From Acaryochloris thomasi RCC1774 (GTDB lineage Bacteria > Cyanobacteriota > Cyanobacteriia > Thermosynechococcales > Thermosynechococcaceae): 64,000 bases of DNA. Below are positions 1 to 8,053 of the stretch, one piece after another. Location: NCBI RefSeq assembly GCF_003231495.1, contig NZ_PQWO01000001.1:489308-553307 (forward strand), written 5' to 3'. The first letter of the stretch is position 1. Each line of letters opens with the position of its first letter. The notes under the pieces were generated by a model. The model was given only the letters and a program-made list of their open reading frames with translations, made no database searches and had not been told where the DNA came from. The position numbers and the translations under genes are program-made.

Positions 1-299
1 CCTTGACGCACAAGACCTAATTCAGCCAGCTCCTGTTCATCAAGGACTGCATCCAGCTTTTGACGCTCAACAACTTTGAAGCTGCCTGTTGCAGATAGTT
101 CGTTACTCAATGCATCTGCAAGTTCCCTTGAGGTGCCCCCTCTCCACCACCACCAAGTAGTCTCATTCTTAAATTCTGGCACTGAGATAGTGGGTTTAGT
201 CTGGGCGATAGCTGCTGTCCCAGTGAACCCAGCGCCTATAACAACAAGCGCAACAGCCCCCTGTACGGCGGCAGATTTGAATGTAGAAAATAGTTGCAT
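1..299 (-). CDS. N-terminal part of a CsgG-like (COG1462) lipoprotein. The CDS runs off the window start; the start codon is at 299 on the minus strand.
   Basis: My own minus-strand translation from the ATG at 297-299 gives MQLFSTFKSAAVQGAVALVVIGAGFTG...KPTISVPEFKNETTWWWWRGGTSRELADALSNELSATGSFKVVERQKLDAVLDEQELAELGLVRQ. That is a signal-like N-terminus followed by a motif typical of CsgG/LpoB-type lipoproteins. The ORF track did not list it because it reaches the edge. Confidence 0.4.
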   Translation of the reverse strand, partial: MQLFSTFKSAAVQGAVALVVIGAGFTGTAAIAQTKPTISVPEFKNETTWWWWRGGTSRELADALSNELSATGSFKVVERQKLDAVLDEQELAELGLVRQ

Positions 300-566
300 A
301 GTGATTCTGCTAATAATAAAGACTGGAGAGCGAGAGTATTGCAACGCCGGGATCTATTTCTAATCTCTCTTTCAAGCAATCCATTAGAGTGAATCTGCTT
401 ATAGAACCCCTTAAGCAAGCGACTAGTTTAAGAGCACCAGAAATTGAGCCATTTTTCAGATAGCTCAGAATCGCTCTACATTAAGCCGTTAGCTTTGAAA
501 TAAATGAAAAAAAGACCCCAATAACCCCAAAATCCTAGATTTAGGACACAAGCCTAGCATATAAAA

Positions 567-1229
567 TTATTGATGTGAGAAATGTGAAGCGTTTTCTACA
601 AGACAAGATTGAACGGCCAGAAGTAAGTCATCAGGGGTGTCAATGATCATATCCGGCTGTTGCTGTTCTAAAACAACTCGGCTATTGAAGCCCCAGCTAA
701 CTGCAATTGAGGGAATCTGGACCTGCTGTGCAGCTTCTATATCTCGTGTCTCATCTCCGATATAGATGACTTGAGATGGCTGGAGACGATATCGTTTGAC
801 CAGACGCCGCAGAGTGCCTGCTTTACCCAGAAGGCCACGTCCTGCGTGAACAAAGTCAAATAGAGTATTGAGATCTTGGGTTACCAAGAAGTTTTCCACG
901 GTTGATTGAGCGTTAGACGTCACAATTCCGAGGCAGTAGCCTTCGTTTTTAAGGTCAGTGAGTGCTTCTTTCGCGCCGTCAAATAACTGAATCTGAGTCG
1001 CTAGCTTACTGACTTCTTGGCGCAGACCTTGCAGAAAAAAGGGTAGTCGCCAGCGGGCCACCGGTATTTGTTGAATGAGCGCTCGCGAACTGAGCGCACG
1101 AATCTGAGGAATCTGGCTGGTCTCAATGGGAGAATACCCATACTTTTTGGCAAGACAATTAGTGGCTTCAATAAAAATTTCAAGGGAATCGACGAGGGTG
1201 CCGTCGAAGTCGAAAATAAGGAGTTTCAT
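567..1229 (-). CDS. HAD-superfamily hydrolase (phosphoglycolate-phosphatase-like)
   Basis: HAD motif I MKLLIFDFDGTLVDS and motif IV IYIGDETRDIEAA. The start is taken at the internal Met of MKLLIFD; the track ORF extends to 1262. Confidence 0.75.
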   Translation of the reverse strand: MKLLIFDFDGTLVDSLEIFIEATNCLAKKYGYSPIETSQIPQIRALSSRALIQQIPVARWRLPFFLQGLRQEVSKLATQIQLFDGAKEALTDLKNEGYCLGIVTSNAQSTVENFLVTQDLNTLFDFVHAGRGLLGKAGTLRRLVKRYRLQPSQVIYIGDETRDIEAAQQVQIPSIAVSWGFNSRVVLEQQQPDMIIDTPDDLLLAVQSCLVENASHFSHQ

Positions 1230-1621
1230 GTCTCTTTTGCTTTGACGGCAGGCCACCGCCATTCAATGAGTTTGACAATGGCATACATGAACAAACAGCC
1301 GATGCCGTTGGCAATCATATCTTCGCCAGAGAAATGCCGACCGGGCACCCAATGTTGCCCAATCTCTAAGATGACAGAATATCCAAATAAAGCCATGAGT
1401 AGAGTTCTGTAGCGACCCGCTTGATGAAATGCCAAATATAGCGCCGCAGATAAGACAGCCCAGCACAGGAAATGCACCAGCTTATCTGGAGGGGAATCGA
1501 ATGCGTCAATCGCTTTGGGCGTTAGAGTTTGGTGAGTTGCGACTGCTAACAGCAGCCCAAAAATAAATTTCAACAGCGTTGACACTGGGCCTGAATTCCT
1601 CTTTGAAGCTTGCGATCGCAA
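1226..1621 (-). CDS. VanZ-family membrane protein
   Basis: 131 aa with several TM segments and an ILEIGQHWVPGRHFSGEDMIANGIG motif resembling the VanZ family. It overlaps the downstream HAD gene by 4 bp, which suggests an operon. Confidence 0.55.
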   Translation of the reverse strand: MRSQASKRNSGPVSTLLKFIFGLLLAVATHQTLTPKAIDAFDSPPDKLVHFLCWAVLSAALYLAFHQAGRYRTLLMALFGYSVILEIGQHWVPGRHFSGEDMIANGIGCLFMYAIVKLIEWRWPAVKAKET

Positions 1622-1825
1622 ATACCATCCATTGAGACCCCTCTTCCTCTACTTTTGTGCCCTTACCGAGATGCGACAAAAGTTAGCCTGAGATGGAATA
1701 CCGCAGAAAAAGCCACTCTGCTACTGATATGGCATGTTCTTCGCGGGAAAGGCTTGATAACATTGGCTTTGTGCTTAACTATCCAGTAAGGCTCCTTCAT
1801 TATCTGTAAAAAGGGAAATTCACTA

Positions 1826-3922
1826 GTGCTCAGGAATCTCAGCATTCAGTCCAAGACGACTCTTATGTTGTTGGCCGTGAGCATCAGCTCGATTTTGGTG
1901 ATTGCCCTCATCGGTTATGAGAGCGGCAAAACAGCGCTCAGGCGCAGCATCTTTAATCAGCTCACTAGCCTACGAGAAGCTAAAATCCAGGAACTGCAAG
2001 ATCTCAGTCAACGGACGGATCGGCAGATTCACGTTCTGAGCATAAACCCTACACTGATTCAGGCTGCCCAGGCCTTTAAAGGCAGCTATAACGAGCTGAC
2101 GAAGGCATCCATCCCGCCTCAGTGGAATATAGCCATTAGCCAGTACTACGAAAAAGAGTTCATCCCCAAGCTCGCAGAAAATTCTCAGGGCGAACCCAAC
2201 GCTGCAACCTATCAACCCTCTACCCCACAGGATCGATATCTGCAGTACCAGTACACGATTAAGTCCTCTGACTTTGAGGAAAAGGTATTAATTGATAATC
2301 CCCAAGACGGCAGCACCTTTAGCAAGGTACATCAGCAATTCCATCCTTTTTTACGGGAATATGTTGAAACCTATGAGCTAGAAGACTTATTTATTATCGA
2401 TCCAGAGACAGGCAATGTGGTCTACACCACCTATAAGGGAACTGATTTTGCGACCAATCTGAAGACCGGCCCATTCTCCGAGAGCGTACTTGCAAAGGCC
2501 TTTCGTAAGGTGGTCGAAGAAGGTGAAGATCAGTTCGTTGCGTTTGTCGATTTTGAACCCTATCGCCCCTCTCATAATGATCCAGCCGCGATTCAGGCGA
2601 CGCCGGTTTTTAAGGACGGTAAAATGATTGCAGTGCTTGCTCTTCAGGCGTCTTCTGTGGAGTTGAATAACATTATGACCAGTCGCGCCCGCTGGAAGGA
2701 GGTAGGATTGGGCGATTCAGGTGAGACCTATGTTGTCGGGCCTGATTATTTTATGCGTTCTGACTCGCGCTTTTTGACAGAGGAGCCTGAAAAATATTTC
2801 GCAGCTTTGGAAACACAGGGAGTACCTAAGTCTGAAATTGAGCGTATTCGAGAGCTGGAATCAACGATCTTAAATCAGGAAGTTAAGACCGAAGCTGTAG
2901 AGGCGGCCCTGCAGGGTCAGCGAGGCACTCGCATCGTTGATGATTATCGCGGCATTCCGGTCCTTAGTGCCTATGGGCCACTTGAGGGGGATCATAACTG
3001 GGTCTTGCTGGCTGAAATTGACGAATCAGAAGCATTTGCCCCGATCCAAGCCTTCCAAAGGCGGGTCTTAATTACGACCGTTCTGATTGTTCTGGTCGTG
3101 ACGCTAGCGGCTTTGCTGCTTTCTCATCTGTTCGTGCGGCCCATCCGCCTCTTAAACCAGGGCTTTGATCGGTTCAGCAAGGGCAACACTGACGTCAAGG
3201 TCGAAATTGACTCTAAGGATGAGTTCCACGAGCTGGCGCAGTCTTTCAATCAAATGGTGCAGGTTCTGCAGAAAAAAACGCAGCAACTGCAGGAAACCAG
3301 TCAAGAAAACGAGGAATTATTGCTTAGCATCCTGCCGGGGCCGGTGGCTCAACGCATTAAGAAGGGAGAAGATAAGATTGCCGATAGCTTCCCCAACGTG
3401 ACGGTTCTGTTTGCTGACCTCCTCGGCTTCTCTGACTTCGCAGAAACCGTCTCTGCGGATGAGACGGTGGCTTTGCTCAATGAATTGGTGAGTGCCTTTG
3501 ATGAGGCGGCTGACCGGCACGGTGTTGAGAAAGTGAAGACCATTGGCAGTGGCTATATGGCCGTGAGCGGCCTCTCTGTCCCGAGGCTTGATCACACCAA
3601 GCGCGTTGTCGATTTTGCCACGGAAATGGTGCAGATCGTCCAGCGATTTAATCAAACCCGTCAAACTCAGTTGCAGGCCCGGATTGGCGTTAATTCTGGC
3701 CCCGTGGTCGCTGGAATCGTGGGACGCAGCAAGTTTATCTATGATTTATGGGGCGATACAGTCAACATCGCCCATCATATGCAGACGGAGGGCCAGGGCG
3801 ACTCGATTCAGGTCACGGCCAGCATTCATGATCAGCTCAAAGATTTTTATGAGTTCCGTCATGTCAACGAGACTTCTCTGGGCAAGAAAGAGGGATTAGA
3901 GACTTGGCTAATCAAGGTATAA
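1826..3922 (+). CDS. Membrane-bound class III adenylate/guanylate cyclase with periplasmic sensor and HAMP domain
   Basis: N-terminal TM segment, a large extracytoplasmic region, a second TM (VLITTVLIVLVVTLAALLL) and a HAMP-like linker. The C-terminal cyclase catalytic core is FADLLGFSDF...KTIGSGYMAVSGL...GVNSGPVVAGIVG...YDLWGDTVNIA. Confidence 0.85.
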   Translation: MLRNLSIQSKTTLMLLAVSISSILVIALIGYESGKTALRRSIFNQLTSLREAKIQELQDLSQRTDRQIHVLSINPTLIQAAQAFKGSYNELTKASIPPQWNIAISQYYEKEFIPKLAENSQGEPNAATYQPSTPQDRYLQYQYTIKSSDFEEKVLIDNPQDGSTFSKVHQQFHPFLREYVETYELEDLFIIDPETGNVVYTTYKGTDFATNLKTGPFSESVLAKAFRKVVEEGEDQFVAFVDFEPYRPSHNDPAAIQATPVFKDGKMIAVLALQASSVELNNIMTSRARWKEVGLGDSGETYVVGPDYFMRSDSRFLTEEPEKYFAALETQGVPKSEIERIRELESTILNQEVKTEAVEAALQGQRGTRIVDDYRGIPVLSAYGPLEGDHNWVLLAEIDESEAFAPIQAFQRRVLITTVLIVLVVTLAALLLSHLFVRPIRLLNQGFDRFSKGNTDVKVEIDSKDEFHELAQSFNQMVQVLQKKTQQLQETSQENEELLLSILPGPVAQRIKKGEDKIADSFPNVTVLFADLLGFSDFAETVSADETVALLNELVSAFDEAADRHGVEKVKTIGSGYMAVSGLSVPRLDHTKRVVDFATEMVQIVQRFNQTRQTQLQARIGVNSGPVVAGIVGRSKFIYDLWGDTVNIAHHMQTEGQGDSIQVTASIHDQLKDFYEFRHVNETSLGKKEGLETWLIKV

Positions 3923-3987
3923 CAAGCTAAATCGTCCATCTGCAATGCATTCGGAAGAATACTCTAAACCGATTCAAAACAAGAACA

Positions 3988-5445
3988 ATGATTGAAGCAA
4001 TTCTTCAGCAACCCTGGCTTCTGTGGAGCATTGGGTTGATGGTGGGTTTCCCGCTAGCGATGGTGGGTCTCAACGAGGGGATTTTAAAGCTGCAGCGGCA
4101 GCGCAAAGCGCTCGCTAATACGCTCAAGATTATCCGTAACTGGGTGATGCCGACCCTCGTCCTGTTCTTATTCGTCACTCAGGTGATGGGATTAGATCCC
4201 GATTTAACCCCCATTCGCCTGGTGCAGACGCTGCTGCTGTTAGCCACCATGAATATGGGCCTATCGTTCGTCAACATCATGCTGTTTGTGGAGGCGGGGT
4301 CCAACACATGGCAGGCTCAGGTGCCCAAGCTGCTGCGGGATCTGGTGCGCTTTTTCCTGATTTTGATGGGGACAGCCCTGGTCCTTTCTCTTGTCTGGAA
4401 GACCGATCTAGGGGGCTTGATCACGGCTTTAGGCGTCAGCTCGATCGTTATCGGTCTGGCCCTTCAGGACACGCTGGGCAACTTATTTTCTGGGATTGCG
4501 CTGCTGTTTGGTCGTCCCTTTAAGGTGGGGGACTGGCTGCAGCTTGGCGAGACGGTGGGTAAGGTCAATGAGGTGAACTGGCGAGCGGTGCATCTGATGA
4601 CGCGCGAACAGGAGATGCTGATTATTCCAAACTCTGTACTGGCGAAGGAAATCTTTAAAAACTACAATCAACCGATCAAAATGCATGTGGAACCCGTAGA
4701 TGTCGGTTTTTCATACAACGATCCGCCCAATAAGGTTAAGCGGGTGATGTTGGAGGTGGCACTGGCGACGAAGGGCGTGCTAGAGAAGCCTCCCCCTGTG
4801 ATTCAGACGATTAACTATAACGATTCTTCGATCGATTATCGGGTGCGATTATTCTTGGCTGACTATTCAAAAGTGCCGCAGATTCGCGATGAATTTATGA
4901 CAAGGGTTTGGTATGCCGCCAACCGCTATGGCTTGAATATTCCGTTCCCGATTCGGACTGTGTTTCATCAGCAAATGGAGCCTGCAAATCTCGAAACGGA
5001 ACGCACAAGGATGCTGGAGGAGTTGCGATCGCTTCCTTCCTTTGCCATAGTCGAGTCAGATACCTTGACTGATTTGCTGCCCGATCTGGAAGTCAAAAGC
5101 TTTGGTCAAGGAGAAACAATCATCCGCCAAGGCGATACTGGCGTTAAACTTCACCTCATTCTCAAAGGTCAAGTTAAGGTTAGCGTCAACAATCGGGGCC
5201 TTGAAACGGAAATCGATCGCTTTGCGCGGGGCGAATTTTTTGGCACCCTCACGCTCCTGAGCAACGAACCCACGCCTAACACTGTCATTGCCTTAGATGA
5301 TCTGGAAGTTGTGGTGTTCGAAACCGAGGCACTTCATATTATGTTGGCTCGTACGCCCCGCCTCGCCCAAGAAATGGGAGCTGTCATTGAAGCTCGTCGT
5401 AGCGCCATTGAGTTAGTCCGGCAGCCCTCATCCCGAGTGGGTTAA
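3988..5445 (+). CDS. MscS-family mechanosensitive channel fused to a C-terminal cyclic-nucleotide-binding domain (bCNG-type)
   Basis: TM helices, then the MscS core GDWLQLGETVGKVNEVNWRAVHLMTREQEMLIIPNS. The C-terminal cNMP-binding motifs are FGQGETIIRQGD...GEFFGTLTLL. Confidence 0.8.
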   Translation: MIEAILQQPWLLWSIGLMVGFPLAMVGLNEGILKLQRQRKALANTLKIIRNWVMPTLVLFLFVTQVMGLDPDLTPIRLVQTLLLLATMNMGLSFVNIMLFVEAGSNTWQAQVPKLLRDLVRFFLILMGTALVLSLVWKTDLGGLITALGVSSIVIGLALQDTLGNLFSGIALLFGRPFKVGDWLQLGETVGKVNEVNWRAVHLMTREQEMLIIPNSVLAKEIFKNYNQPIKMHVEPVDVGFSYNDPPNKVKRVMLEVALATKGVLEKPPPVIQTINYNDSSIDYRVRLFLADYSKVPQIRDEFMTRVWYAANRYGLNIPFPIRTVFHQQMEPANLETERTRMLEELRSLPSFAIVESDTLTDLLPDLEVKSFGQGETIIRQGDTGVKLHLILKGQVKVSVNNRGLETEIDRFARGEFFGTLTLLSNEPTPNTVIALDDLEVVVFETEALHIMLARTPRLAQEMGAVIEARRSAIELVRQPSSRVG

Positions 5446-6084
5446 CGAGCGTGATTTGACACATTACTCAACGACAACTCCATCCCTCTTGCTAAGAGCG
5501 TTCTAACAGATTGAATCGTCTCATTTGCGCGTCATCAACCTCACTCTATCTCGCAAACAAGAGGAGAAAAAGCTTGCCCGCGAGCCACCATGCCAGCAAT
5601 GTTGCCGTTGGGGAAGAGGGGAGTTATATTGGGGCAGGGTAGAAAAATAAATACCTTAATATATTTGACTCTAACCACTAAGGTATGAATCAATTGTTGA
5701 CGCTCGGGATGATATTAATCCGTTGAATGTCAGCTTTTTAGGGGGGAATGAGTTCTTTTTACATCAGGAAGCATCATTAGTGGTGTTGACTAACGTGTAA
5801 ATGAACACAGTTGCGATTCGGTATTGGCAGCAATATATTGCTGTAGGGGGAAAACAGTAGATCAATTTAGTTCTACTGGGTTTATTAATATCGCGGATCA
5901 AAACTCTTGTTTTGTTGTTGGATCTTCAAGGTCGGAAGCAGCACTGTAGAAAGCAAAAGCTTTGATGCTGTTTACGCGTGCTACGAAGCGTCATAAATAT
6001 CTAAATTTTAGAGTGCGGTCTTTCTGACAAGACTGCAAGAGATTATTCTGAGTATTTCCAGTTTTATAGTGATTTAAATCATCG

Positions 6085-6984
6085 ATGGTCGCAGACTCTA
6101 AGACTATGCTTGAGTCTAACGCTGCAACATTTGAGCTAAGCCGTTATTTTAATAGTCCGATGCTTCATCAACTAAAACATCAAGCTTTAGGAACAAAGGC
6201 AGGCACTTTGCCAAAGATCAACGTCATTGGTTCGCCCGTCACAGCTTTGCCCTTTGACGACCAGATGAAAGTGATTCTGCATTGGGCAAAGTCTCGCTTG
6301 AGTAAGACGGTCTGCGTTGCCAACACTCATATGCTGGTTGAAGCTTACCGACGCCCTAAATTTCGGGCAGTTTTAAGAAGATCTGATTTGGTCACACCGG
6401 ATGGTATGCCTCTGGTCTGGATGATGAAGGTGATGGGGGCGCTCAGGCAAAACCGGGTGGCGGGGATGGATATTTTCTTGTCTCTTTGTGAGGCAGCACC
6501 ACGTCAAGAGACCAGTATCTTTTTGTTAGGTTCTCAGTCCGCTGTACTTCGGCAGATGCAGATCAAGCTAGAGGATGAGTTCCCTGATTTGCAGATTGCG
6601 GGCATGGAACCTCTACCGTTTCGACCACTCACGACTCTAGAGGATGATGAGCTGATTCAACGCATCAATGCTAGTGGAGCAGGTCTCGTATTTTTGGCGC
6701 TCGGCTGTCCCAAACAAGAGGCGTGGATTGCTCAACATAAGGGCCGTATTCGGGCCGTCATGCTGGGCGTCGGCGGCGTATTTCCGGTCTATGCTGGCAT
6801 CCAAAAAAGAGCGCCCCGCTGGATTCGTGAGTCTGGCTTAGAGTGGCTATATCGCTTAGTGCAGGAGCCAACGCGCCTATGGAAGCGCTATGGAACAACG
6901 ATTCCTTTGTTTGTATACCTAGCACTGAAGCAGGCACTGCAGCATAAGGTTGCCAATGGATATCTAAAGCGATCGCAAGTCTAA
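6085..6984 (+). CDS. WecB/TagA/CpsF-family glycosyltransferase
   Basis: Family-typical segments VTPDGMPLVWMMKVMG, FLLGSQSAVL, LVFLALGCPKQEAWI and SGLEWLYRL. Confidence 0.8.
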   Translation: MVADSKTMLESNAATFELSRYFNSPMLHQLKHQALGTKAGTLPKINVIGSPVTALPFDDQMKVILHWAKSRLSKTVCVANTHMLVEAYRRPKFRAVLRRSDLVTPDGMPLVWMMKVMGALRQNRVAGMDIFLSLCEAAPRQETSIFLLGSQSAVLRQMQIKLEDEFPDLQIAGMEPLPFRPLTTLEDDELIQRINASGAGLVFLALGCPKQEAWIAQHKGRIRAVMLGVGGVFPVYAGIQKRAPRWIRESGLEWLYRLVQEPTRLWKRYGTTIPLFVYLALKQALQHKVANGYLKRSQV

Positions 6985-7148
6985 GTAACTCCGCAACTGC
7001 AATGCATCATTAACGGCACGGACCTAGGCTCAATTATTCCTAATTTAAATCTAAAATCTGGTCGATTTCAGCTCATATTCCGTAAATTCACTCTGAATGA
7101 ACGAGAAAGGTAGCGGTTAGGCTAACAAGGAATCATTTGGGTATTCAT

Positions 7149-7179
7149 CCCCTCATCAAGATTTTGATGAGGGGGTTTT
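7149..7179 (+). terminator. Rho-independent terminator-like hairpin
   Basis: cccctcatca-agatttt-tgatgaggggg followed by tttt. It sits between the wecB-like gene and the thrS-fragment boundary. Confidence 0.5.
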
Positions 7180-7202
7180 CTTGTATAGAGCCATCAGACA
7201 AT

Positions 7203-7436
7203 TTAAAACGCAGAATAGGTTGCGATCGCATCTCCCAATTTCTCCAGCACTTCAGCAATGGGCGTCGCTCCCAGCTCGCCTGACACACGGGTCCGAATAT
7301 TAAGGCTTTCGGCTTCAACTTCCTTATCACCAATCACCGACATCACCGGTATTTTCGCCTTCTCCGCATTGCGAATCTTTTTACCCAAGCGCTCACCGGA
7401 GGTATTCACCTGTGGTGTGTTTTGGTTGTTGCACAC
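7203..7436 (-). pseudogene. thrS: Orphan duplicate of the 3' end (last ~72 codons) of thrS
   Basis: Its translation ...NTSGERLGKKIRNAEKAKIPVMSVIGDKEVEAESLNIRTRVSGELGATPIAEVLEKLGDAIATYSAF is near-identical to the thrS C-terminus at 11118-11340. Nucleotide identity is about 80% by eye over ~225 bp. There is no upstream coding continuation. Confidence 0.8.
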
Positions 7437-8053
7437 AACTTGGAAGGTTGTTTTAAAAGCCTTGCCAAATATAGGCTTCAGAGTACAGACATTTTCATAG
7501 TTTCAACGAGAATGCTGGATTTCAGCCTTATGATTGAACGCTAACCTTCCAAGTCGTGTGTTGCAGTCTGCTCTCGTAGGAAGATTGTCAGTATGAGCCT
7601 GGTATTTCTTTCCCCTCAAGCTTGCAGTGCAGAACGATCAAGCTCACGTTGGTGCTGTGATGCCTGCTCAGGAGTTGCAAGAAAAAGCTTTTGGGATAGG
7701 CAAAAGCGATAACGGCTCATGGATGGCTTATTTGAGCAGGTGGTGGAAGCAGATTTCCAAGATCTGAAAGAATAACCGAAGCAGACAAGGAAGAAGCGCA
7801 TTGTCTGGGCTGAGTAAGGTTGCTAGAGTCAGCAGTATAAATTCGAGTAGTCCAAGAATAATGTCGAGCAGTAGGTAGAGCATGAGTCATCAGGATTCAA
7901 AACGACCCTTTGAGAATCGCTGATATGACGTAAACCCAGGGCTTCTGCACTGTACAACTTGTGTAAACGTACCGTAATAGTTTTGTACGAGATTAAGATA
8001 TCTGGCTTTGAGAACGTTAAATTAAGTCTATTGGTGCTGATTGAAACAAAATC

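Noticed and set aside
76-363. 95-aa plus-strand ORF at the window start
   Set aside because: Its translation is low-complexity with no motif. The opposite strand instead encodes a convincing signal-peptide plus CsgG-like N-terminus running off the window edge.
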